Shown: positions 37,625 through 46,244 of the stretch, piece by piece | Layout of the letters: the number at the start of each line of letters is the position of its first letter | How positions within the stretch are numbered: the stretch's first letter is position 1 | Virus record (IMG/VR): IMGVR_UViG_3300027734_000004 | Location: 1 to 57,528 of that record | Direction: 5' to 3' (one strand) | Length of the DNA stretch: 57,528 nt | Source of the DNA: a virus | Lineage: Duplodnaviria; Caudoviricetes | Translations under genes and position numbers: made by a program | Notes under the pieces: model-generated | The model's input: the letters and a program-made list of their open reading frames with translations, nothing else | What the model was told of the DNA's origin: nothing | Databases searched by the model: none

Positions 37625-40600
37625 ATGGGCGGTAAAACCTCTAAGTCAACGCAGCAGATTACCATCCCACCAGAGGTGTTGGCTAGGTATAGGGCAATTA
37701 ATGCGCGTGCCGATACGGTAACTAACAGGCCATATCAATATTACGGTGGAGAGTTTGTTGCTCCGCTAAATGCAACGCAACAATCAGGTATTGCCAACAC
37801 CAATGCTGCTGCAAACATGGCGCAGCCATATTTTGGTGCTGCAACAAATCAGCTTATGAACGCTCAGGGCGCAGCGACACCTTATTATCAGACTGCCACC
37901 AACCAACTAAACCAAGGTGTAAATACCGGTCAGCAGCTTGCGGGCCAGTCGTATAATACACTAAATAACGCTCAGAACGTCGGAAACCAGTTTGCTGGGC
38001 AATCTTCAGATACAATTAATGCAGCGCAAAGTCAGGGCGCTGGAATACAGCAGAATGCGCTTAACAATTTGGGTGCTGCCTATTCATCAGCCCAGCCATA
38101 TAACCAAGCGGCTGGTGGCCTGTACCAACAGGGATTGGGGCAGGGCAGCAATATAACAGGACAAGCCTTATCTGGAACGCAGCAGGCTCTTATTGGCGCA
38201 CAGCCATATCAGGGGATGGCAACTGATTACATGAATAGCGGCGCTCAAGCGGTTAACCCTTATGATCTGGGCGCTGATCAGATTAATAAATACATGTCGC
38301 CATATCTTAACACCGTTTTGCAGGGTACCGCTGGAATTCTAAATCAGCAGAACCAGCAGCAGCAAGCTGGACAGATGGGCAATGCCATTCGCTCTGGGGC
38401 TTTTGGCGGTGATCGTAGCGGGATTGCTGCGGCGAACCTTAACCAGCAGCAAAACTTGGCTAATGCCCAAATCTATTCCGGCATTCTTAACCAAGGCTAT
38501 GGTCAGGCGCTTGGCACCGCCCAGCAGCAACAGCAACTTGGCCTTAGCGCTGCCCAAGCAAACCGTGCCGCTCAACAGCAGGCGTCAACGCAGGCACTTG
38601 CCATTGGCCAGCAGGGTTTTGGACAAGGGCTTTCCGCTGCACAGCAGCAGGGCGCTCTTGGGCAGCAACTTTTTAACATGAACTCCACTACTGGCCAAAA
38701 CACCGCCGCCCTTGGGCAGCAGGTTTACGGCCAAGGCACAAACACTGCTCAACAGCAATCCAATGTGGGCAATACACTTTTTAATCAAGGCGCTACCACA
38801 GCAGCGCAGCAAGCTGCTTTAGGTCAGCAGCAGTTTGCCCAAGGCGCTACCACAGCAGCGCAGCAAGCTGCTCTTGGCCAGCAGCAGTTTGCCCAAGGCA
38901 ACACAGCGGCAGGAACGTCAGCGGCATTGGGCCAAGGGCTTTACGGCATGGGAGCCAACACATCTGAGCAGCTTGCTGCCCTTGGTACTGGTGCTCAAAA
39001 CACAGCCCTTACAGGCGCTGCGGCGCAGATGGCAGCAGGCCAGACAGAGCAGGCTACGCAGCAGGCTTTGGACACTGCTAAGTACAATGAATTCCTTCAG
39101 GCTCAATCGCTGCCATACCAGCAGCTTAAACTGGCAGGCGACATTGCCCTTGGCACTGGTACGGCTTCTGGATCTACAACCACAACATCACAGCCCGGTG
39201 GCTTCTTCTCCGACGAACGTCTGAAGGAAAACATTAAGGCTGTTGGTAAGACTTTCGATGGTCAGACCATCCATAGCTATAACTATAAGGGTGACCCACG
39301 CACACAGATTGGTCTGATTGCGCAAGAGGTTCAGAAGCATCACCCAGAGGCTGTTGGCCTTGCTGGTGGCTACAAGACCGTTAATTACGACAAGGCAACT
39401 GAAGATGCCGCTGACCGGGGTCACATGGCCTCTGGTGGCCTTGCAAGCGCTGGTGGCAGTGTAATGCCATATAACGCAGGCCAAGGGTTTGCTGGCGGTG
39501 GCGTGGCTGGATTTGACCCAGCTATAATGCAGCAGATCCTTGCGGCACAGCAAGCCATGTACGCCCCACTTTCTGAGGGTGGCATGTACGCTGGCGGTCC
39601 GAATGCTGGCGGTGGCCTTGTTCCGCAGACTGAACTTACTGCGCATCAATTGATGGTGCCTGCTGAATTGGCACGTCAGGCTACTGGCGCTGAGCAGGCT
39701 AAGACGATGGTAGATCTTGGAAACAGCGTCAATAAGTTTGGCGAAGGCATAGGCGCTTGGGGTGGCGATAAGAAGCCTGCCGATAAGGGCTTTGAAATTT
39801 CAAAAGGCACATCAAAAGACATAAGCGCTTTATCTGAAGCTGAAAAAGCTCAAAAAGACCAAGATGAATATTTGTTCAAAGCCCTTGGCGGCGGTATACC
39901 ATATAGCGGTCAGGGTTTAGATATTCCTGATTCTGGCCTTGCTGCGGGCTCAGGTAGCCCAATGACGGCTGGCGCTCTTCCGGGCCAGCAAAGTGGCCTT
40001 GATAAGCTTAATAAGGTCGCAAATATTGCCGACACAGGAATGAAATTAGGCAAATTTGGTAAAAAGATTGGGCTCTTTTCGACCGGCGGTACGCCTTATG
40101 GTGGTCACGGTCTGGACATTCCTGAGGAAGACAGCTTAGATAAAACTTACCAGCTTCCAACTGCTGGGGAGATGCCCGGTAAGCCCGAAAGCGGGGTCGA
40201 TAAGATTGGCAAAATTGCCAAAATTGCGGGTACTGTGGCATCGTTATTCTCCGACGAACGCATGAAGGAAAACATCAAACCCGTTGGCAAGCTGTTTGAC
40301 GGTCAGATTGTCCATAGCTTCAATTACAAGGGCGATCCTCGCACCCAGATTGGTTTGATTGCCCAAGAGGTCGAAGACCATAAGCCACATGCTGTTGGCT
40401 TGGCTGGCAAGTACAAAACTGTAGACTACGACAAGGCAACGTCAGCGGCTGCGCATCGTGGCCATTTTGCCATGGGTGGTGAGCCTGAGGGCGGTGGTCT
40501 TATGGGCGCTGAAATGGCAGGTCCTGATCAAAATGAACAGGGTTTCGATTTTAACCTAGATCCTGAGGATCTTATCGCTGGCAGCGATAGCCAATTTGAG

Positions 40601-42904
40601 TCGCTATTGCGTAGCAAGCCTGAGGCTGCGCCGCAGCAGGCTAATGGACTCGCCGCATCTGGCGAAGAATTCCGCAAAGAAATGGAAGCCCGCAAGAATG
40701 CTCCGCATGGCATGGGTCTTGCAGCGGCTACAAAGGCTCCGCCACGCATAATTCCCAATGTTAATCGCGGTTCAGGCCCGCGCTCTGTCCGTAACAATAA
40801 TCCCGGCAACATTGAAGACGGCAGCTTAGCCAAAAGCATGCCGGGGTACGCTGGCAGTGATGGACGCTTTGCTATTTTTAATGCGCCGCAAGCCGGTCGT
40901 GCAGCGCAGATGGCCCTCATCCGCAGCTATATCAATCGCGGTTATGATACGCCGTGGGAGATTGCCCACCGCTGGGCACCGCCCAAAGAAAAGGGCAATA
41001 ACCCTGTTGCATACGCAAATTCCATTGCCAAAATGGCTGGGGTTGGCGTCCACGACCGTGTACCCATGAGCGCCATTCCGTTGGTAGCTAATGCTCAGAC
41101 GATGGTTGAAGGCGGACAGCGGGCTTTGTCGCACTTTACGCAAAGAGGAAATGCAGATCATTTTGCCGCTGGTGGCCTTGCGGGGCGTGATGGTTATCAA
41201 ACTGCGGGCACTGTTGTGCCTTCAGCTTCGCAGCAAGAACAAATTGATTTTGAAGAAAAGAAGCGCATTGCAGAAGAGGAAAAAGCTGCTGCGGAAGCTC
41301 CCGCTAAAGGCGTTGCAGCAGCGGGGCCAAGCGCCACTACTACTGTTACCGTTCCGCCAGCATCTACCAACCCTGACGCCACTGGTGTTGCGCCACCAGA
41401 AGATATTGTGGTAAACGCGCAGACAGCCAAGGCAGACCCTCGCGGCGAGCCGCAACCTACCATGCGTGAAACTATTTATGGTCGCGGGAAGCAACAGCCC
41501 ATCAGCCTTGAAGGAGGTTCAATCGCGCCATTTAATTACGACTACATGTCGGAACCATTTTTCAAAGGCATTAAGCGCGGATCTGCTGGCTCAATCATCC
41601 CATTGTTGACCGGCATTGCTGCAATGGGCACCGCGCCTACACGCAGCCTTGGCGTTGCGCTTGCAACTGGCCTTGGTGCTGGTGCGCAATCGTATCAAAA
41701 CTTATCCAATGAGCGCAACAAGCAGCTTCCTATACGCCAAGCCGCCGCCGCTAAGCAGGCTGAGGTTGCTAAGATGCTGGCCGACCGATTCTTCCGCCTT
41801 TCGGATGATGGTAAGAATTTCCTTTACACACCTCCCGGAGGCGAAACCATTCTACTCACGCCCGGTGAAAGGATGGCAATGTTGCAGGAAATGACAACGG
41901 GAAATATGCAGTTTTTCCCACGCACTCCTAAAAATGCTCCATTATTTGCCCAAGATAATGCTGCGCCAAAAACACTCAAATTTAAGTCTACCGTTGCCCC
42001 CGGCAACGATAGTGTCGAAGCTATTATAGCTGGGGCTAACGCCAACCCAACCGTTGCTGAAGCTTTCAATGCCCGCGCTCAAGCAGAGGCTGAAATGGAG
42101 AAGCAAAAGCGCTTGGCTGGTAGCCCATTTGCTGCACCAGAAGATGTTGTTTTGGCTGGGCAAAGGTTGGAAAATGCTACAAGAACTTTCACAGCCAACG
42201 ATAAAATTTACAATGATGCATTGAGCGCAATAGCTGATTCCAAGCTGGCATCATTTGGCACCAGTGTTAATAATATCGGAACTGCAAACCTTGAAACATA
42301 CAGCAGGGCGCAAGATCGTCTATTGGAACTTCAACCGCTTATCCCTGTGGTTAAGGAATACCAAAAAATTATTGCAAGTGGAGGTCTTACGGGTGGTACA
42401 ACAACAACATTCTGGAACAGACTTGCCAGCGCCGCTTTGGCTCTTGGTGCTTCCCCAGAAGTTGTTGGCAATGGCCAGACTGCCGCGCAGAAACAAGCTG
42501 CTCTTGCAGCCCTACTGCCCGGAAATATGTCTGCTGCCCTTAGTGTTGAAAATACTCCGGCGGCTATTCAAGCGGTTGTCGGGGCTCTTGATAGCACCAT
42601 TAGCACTGCTCAGCAGCAATCCGACAGGGCATCGCAGTCAATGCGCCCAACAGCTACTCCAAAGATCAACCGAGCCATTACGCCGGAAGCGGCTCCGGCA
42701 GCGGCTGCTCCGGCAGCGGCACCGGCAGCATCCGCACCCAGTGCATCTGGCATTAGGAAGCACCCCAATAGCACACCTCAAAACCCAATGGTCATTGCCC
42801 CGTCATATGAGGCGGCAGTAAGTGATCGCAGCATTCCAAATGGCACTATGGTTTATTATCGGGACGCCAATGGAAACATGGCAAAAAGACCATTGAAACG
42901 GTAA
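37625..42904 (+). CDS. 1759-aa internal virion/ejection protein: Q/A/G-rich N-terminus, two peptidase S74 domains, RNNNPGNI lysozyme-like domain
   Basis: SDERLKENI...GLIAQEV...YKTVNY at aa 529; SDERMKENI...GLIAQEV...YKTVDY at aa 876; RNNNPGNI...RWAP...AY. Confidence 0.8.
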   Translation: MGGKTSKSTQQITIPPEVLARYRAINARADTVTNRPYQYYGGEFVAPLNATQQSGIANTNAAANMAQPYFGAATNQLMNAQGAATPYYQTATNQLNQGVNTGQQLAGQSYNTLNNAQNVGNQFAGQSSDTINAAQSQGAGIQQNALNNLGAAYSSAQPYNQAAGGLYQQGLGQGSNITGQALSGTQQALIGAQPYQGMATDYMNSGAQAVNPYDLGADQINKYMSPYLNTVLQGTAGILNQQNQQQQAGQMGNAIRSGAFGGDRSGIAAANLNQQQNLANAQIYSGILNQGYGQALGTAQQQQQLGLSAAQANRAAQQQASTQALAIGQQGFGQGLSAAQQQGALGQQLFNMNSTTGQNTAALGQQVYGQGTNTAQQQSNVGNTLFNQGATTAAQQAALGQQQFAQGATTAAQQAALGQQQFAQGNTAAGTSAALGQGLYGMGANTSEQLAALGTGAQNTALTGAAAQMAAGQTEQATQQALDTAKYNEFLQAQSLPYQQLKLAGDIALGTGTASGSTTTTSQPGGFFSDERLKENIKAVGKTFDGQTIHSYNYKGDPRTQIGLIAQEVQKHHPEAVGLAGGYKTVNYDKATEDAADRGHMASGGLASAGGSVMPYNAGQGFAGGGVAGFDPAIMQQILAAQQAMYAPLSEGGMYAGGPNAGGGLVPQTELTAHQLMVPAELARQATGAEQAKTMVDLGNSVNKFGEGIGAWGGDKKPADKGFEISKGTSKDISALSEAEKAQKDQDEYLFKALGGGIPYSGQGLDIPDSGLAAGSGSPMTAGALPGQQSGLDKLNKVANIADTGMKLGKFGKKIGLFSTGGTPYGGHGLDIPEEDSLDKTYQLPTAGEMPGKPESGVDKIGKIAKIAGTVASLFSDERMKENIKPVGKLFDGQIVHSFNYKGDPRTQIGLIAQEVEDHKPHAVGLAGKYKTVDYDKATSAAAHRGHFAMGGEPEGGGLMGAEMAGPDQNEQGFDFNLDPEDLIAGSDSQFESLLRSKPEAAPQQANGLAASGEEFRKEMEARKNAPHGMGLAAATKAPPRIIPNVNRGSGPRSVRNNNPGNIEDGSLAKSMPGYAGSDGRFAIFNAPQAGRAAQMALIRSYINRGYDTPWEIAHRWAPPKEKGNNPVAYANSIAKMAGVGVHDRVPMSAIPLVANAQTMVEGGQRALSHFTQRGNADHFAAGGLAGRDGYQTAGTVVPSASQQEQIDFEEKKRIAEEEKAAAEAPAKGVAAAGPSATTTVTVPPASTNPDATGVAPPEDIVVNAQTAKADPRGEPQPTMRETIYGRGKQQPISLEGGSIAPFNYDYMSEPFFKGIKRGSAGSIIPLLTGIAAMGTAPTRSLGVALATGLGAGAQSYQNLSNERNKQLPIRQAAAAKQAEVAKMLADRFFRLSDDGKNFLYTPPGGETILLTPGERMAMLQEMTTGNMQFFPRTPKNAPLFAQDNAAPKTLKFKSTVAPGNDSVEAIIAGANANPTVAEAFNARAQAEAEMEKQKRLAGSPFAAPEDVVLAGQRLENATRTFTANDKIYNDALSAIADSKLASFGTSVNNIGTANLETYSRAQDRLLELQPLIPVVKEYQKIIASGGLTGGTTTTFWNRLASAALALGASPEVVGNGQTAAQKQAALAALLPGNMSAALSVENTPAAIQAVVGALDSTISTAQQQSDRASQSMRPTATPKINRAITPEAAPAAAAPAAAPAASAPSASGIRKHPNSTPQNPMVIAPSYEAAVSDRSIPNGTMVYYRDANGNMAKRPLKR

Positions 42905-42916
42905 GGTGATAGCATA

Positions 42917-45900
42917 ATGGCTAAAAATGACGCACCAACAATCGGAACTGCGGAACAGCAAGATGCTCAGGGCCTGCTTGGCGCTGTGGACATGGTTAAG
43001 AATTTTATACAAGCCAAACCCTCTGAGCGTGTGCCGTTTAAAGAGGTCAAGGTAGATGAAAATGGGGAGCCTGTCCTTGGCCCTGACGGGCAACCTATAG
43101 AAATTGAAGTACGCAATTCCCTTATCGATCCCAAATATGGATACCGCACCCAAGAGTCCCCACCCCTTCATGGCTTTAATGAGGGCGCGTTTAATGTCAT
43201 TCACAACTGGCATCCGCTTGAAGTTGCGCGTGATACCGTAAAAGGACTTAAAGATCTACCGCAAGCGATTTCATTTCTTGACTCTTTAAAGCGCGGTTCT
43301 TTTGCTGCTGGCATGACACCTGAGCAATATCGGCAAACATTTTTTGCTGAAGTTTTTCCTAAAATGTATGGCAATCCCATGCTTCTTTCCGTTTCCGGGG
43401 CAATGCATAGGACCATGGACCTAAAGCAAGCCACAGCGCAGCGCGAAAAAGACCTTCAAAACTACAAAATGGCCTTGTCCCTTTACGGGGTATATAATCC
43501 AGAAACCAAAGAATTGTCGTTTGATTGGAATGGATTTGCGCGGGATCTTACTCAGCATCCTGCTGAAGTTGGATCACTTTTTGTTGGTGGTGGCGCTGGG
43601 TTCGCGAAGGCGGCTGCGGGTGTGGCTAAGCTATCTGGCCTTGAAAATGGCTTGTCACTTGTCCAAAATCTTTCGCGCCTTAAAAATATAACTTCCGCTC
43701 CATTTTCAGGCACCTCCTCAGCCATGCAGGCGGTTCGTAACTTTGGTACCGTTGCAGGTGATGTAGTTAAGACTGCCGCCGCCAGCAAGGCTGGGCAAGT
43801 GGTGCGAGGCGGTCTTGATTTAACCGGCAAAGCTTTAAAATTAACCGGTAAGGGCCTTGACCCCGTAACACCTATAGTTGGTAACGTAGCCGGTAAGGCA
43901 ATAGTTGGTGGTGTTAATCTTGCGCGCAAAATAGCACCATTTAAGGCCAGCATATACAGCCCTGAATTTACCCGTGAGTGGGGCGCTTTTTCCAAAGCTA
44001 AAGAGCAGGAGCTTATTGATTATGGTGCCACTGCTGAGGAAATTAAATCGATACCAACGCAAAGAAACATTTGGGAACAGTTTCAATTGGAAACTGGCGA
44101 TAGGTTTACAAACCCATTTTCAAAGGAAGCTAATGCAGCATTTGACACGCTTGAAGCCCAAGGGCGCGGCTTTAAGCGCGAGAACTATGTTCCCCCGTAT
44201 ATTGGCGGCGTAATTGATCAGACGGTCAATCGTAAGGGTAAGGGCATTACGGATGCTATTTTGGCTGAGGGTGCCATCCGCACCGCAGCGCCAGAAGGCG
44301 GCGGATTAGCTGGTACTGCTGCCAGAAACAACAATGATGCCATGGGCGTAACCCGCTCAACGGCTACAAACGAGCCACCGGGTATTATTCAGCAAAATAA
44401 AGGTATAGGGCAAAGCGGTTTTCTTTCTAGCGGTCGTGAAACAGCGGCGCGGACTTCAACTGACACCCAATTGGGCAATTACCTTAGCGAAAACTTGGGC
44501 GGTCAGGGGGCGAACCCATTAACGCACCAAAATATCGCTGATGATTTCATTGCCGCTGATCTTGCAAAGCGTAATGCATATCAGCAGTCATATGATCAAG
44601 CTGTAGCATCTGAAGGTGGCGGTGTTTACACTGACCCCAATGCTTTTGTGACAAAGTTTCAGCAGGAATATGATGCTGCGCTGCGCCAACATGGCTTGAG
44701 CGCACAAGATGTAGCGCAAAACTCAAATCTATATCCAAATGCGTCAGTAGCTTTTGACAGTTCAGCAAAAAACATTGCTGGGTACGGCCACACTGTCGAG
44801 CCGCTCAAAGGTTCAGTGCCCGGTTTGCCGGGAGAGTATATTTATAATCCTGCGGATCGCAATTGGAGGCCAGATTTTGGCAGTCAATCTTTTCGCAGTA
44901 ATCCTGCAAATCGAAGTACTGCTGATTTTCTTAACCAAACCTACTCTGCGGAAATCGCGGCTGGTCAGTCGCCGCCCCGCAACATGCTCAATCTTCAAAG
45001 TTTGGAAGTTGAGCGTAAGCGTTTAAACGCAGTTGCACAAAAAGCTTATAAAAGCGGCAATATGGGTGATTACAACGCTACCATGGCTCAAATTGATGCA
45101 TTGGATAATACTGCAATTGCCATGGCTCCCACACACAATGGCCCCAACGTAAGGCAGGCCGTTGGTCACCTTACAGATGCGCGTCAGCAATTCCGCAACT
45201 GGCGTCAGAATGGGATTGATGCTCCGCCAACGCCTGCAAATGATGTCGTGCGGACAGCAGCACAAAGAACATTTGATCTTACGCAGCGCGATCCTGCAAC
45301 TGGGAAATTTGTTTTTTCAAGTGAGCCTGATGCGGCCACCTATGTTGGTGATGTTTTTAAGGGTAAGTTTGTAGGCGAAAATGGCGTTACACCATCTTAT
45401 TCAGATCCTAATGCCCTTATAGATGTCCTTACAGACCCTAATCGTGGTCTTATGACTAACCCAAGCTTGGTCCCAGATTATCTTCGTACAGGATACGGTA
45501 GACCCGGTGCTTCACCGCAAGATCTTGCGGCGTACCATGGCACTTACAGTGGTCGCAATGTTCTTAACCCTGACGAAACAAACTTTTTTGAGCGCAGCAT
45601 GGCAGCGCGAGCCGCCACTGATCCCAATGCAATTCCGCAAAGGGAGCCTTTCCAGCTTGTTGCCGATTTGGAAGGTGTCACAAATCCAGTTCGTCGAGTT
45701 TATGAAAGGGCAAAACCAGTCATTAGGGGTATTTCCGGGTTCCTTCTTGGCAACACTATCGACCCCTCGCTTGGCTACCTTACTGGAAGCGGGGCATTTG
45801 GCAGTGGGGCGGTTAGCCAAGGGGTAAAGGATCTTGGCCTATTGCGTAATGAACTTGGTGGTGCCCCAAATTACTCAGTAAGCATACCTCAGGCGGCTAT

Positions 45901-46234
45901 CAACGCCCCACTTCGCACATCCGGCCTTCTATCTGGCTACAATGATACAAAGCAAACTGCCCAGAATGATTCAGCGGCAAATGCGATTTTAGAAGACGAA
46001 AACCTATCTATAGCTGAAAAGCTATTGGGTCCACCACCCCAACCCCAAGCCCGTGGCGGTCGTGCTGCGTACAGGGCTGGCGGCAAGGTTGGCGGGATCG
46101 AACCGCTTATTCAGGCATTGATGAATAAGGCAAAAATGGCTAAGAAGGTTTCGAACAAGGCAACGGAGCCCCTTCTTAATGAACGCGATGATGCTATAGC
46201 AAGTGCCTTAGCTGTCGCGCAAAAAGCTATTTAA
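42917..46234 (+). CDS. Large internal virion/ejection protein
   Basis: 1105 aa, Ala/Gly-rich, follows the first ejection gene; C-terminal QARGG and YRAGG motifs. Confidence 0.65.
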   Translation: MAKNDAPTIGTAEQQDAQGLLGAVDMVKNFIQAKPSERVPFKEVKVDENGEPVLGPDGQPIEIEVRNSLIDPKYGYRTQESPPLHGFNEGAFNVIHNWHPLEVARDTVKGLKDLPQAISFLDSLKRGSFAAGMTPEQYRQTFFAEVFPKMYGNPMLLSVSGAMHRTMDLKQATAQREKDLQNYKMALSLYGVYNPETKELSFDWNGFARDLTQHPAEVGSLFVGGGAGFAKAAAGVAKLSGLENGLSLVQNLSRLKNITSAPFSGTSSAMQAVRNFGTVAGDVVKTAAASKAGQVVRGGLDLTGKALKLTGKGLDPVTPIVGNVAGKAIVGGVNLARKIAPFKASIYSPEFTREWGAFSKAKEQELIDYGATAEEIKSIPTQRNIWEQFQLETGDRFTNPFSKEANAAFDTLEAQGRGFKRENYVPPYIGGVIDQTVNRKGKGITDAILAEGAIRTAAPEGGGLAGTAARNNNDAMGVTRSTATNEPPGIIQQNKGIGQSGFLSSGRETAARTSTDTQLGNYLSENLGGQGANPLTHQNIADDFIAADLAKRNAYQQSYDQAVASEGGGVYTDPNAFVTKFQQEYDAALRQHGLSAQDVAQNSNLYPNASVAFDSSAKNIAGYGHTVEPLKGSVPGLPGEYIYNPADRNWRPDFGSQSFRSNPANRSTADFLNQTYSAEIAAGQSPPRNMLNLQSLEVERKRLNAVAQKAYKSGNMGDYNATMAQIDALDNTAIAMAPTHNGPNVRQAVGHLTDARQQFRNWRQNGIDAPPTPANDVVRTAAQRTFDLTQRDPATGKFVFSSEPDAATYVGDVFKGKFVGENGVTPSYSDPNALIDVLTDPNRGLMTNPSLVPDYLRTGYGRPGASPQDLAAYHGTYSGRNVLNPDETNFFERSMAARAATDPNAIPQREPFQLVADLEGVTNPVRRVYERAKPVIRGISGFLLGNTIDPSLGYLTGSGAFGSGAVSQGVKDLGLLRNELGGAPNYSVSIPQAAINAPLRTSGLLSGYNDTKQTAQNDSAANAILEDENLSIAEKLLGPPPQPQARGGRAAYRAGGKVGGIEPLIQALMNKAKMAKKVSNKATEPLLNERDDAIASALAVAQKAI

Positions 46235-46244
46235 GGAATTAACC

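Noticed and set aside
38787-38900. Tandem QGATTAAQQAALGQQQFA repeat as a separate element
   Set aside because: An ordinary internal repeat of the Q-rich coiled-coil region of the ejection protein.
39209-40440. Duplicated S74 segments as a diversity-generating retroelement template/variable repeat pair
   Set aside because: No reverse transcriptase is present, differences are not adenine-specific, and both copies are in-frame coding.
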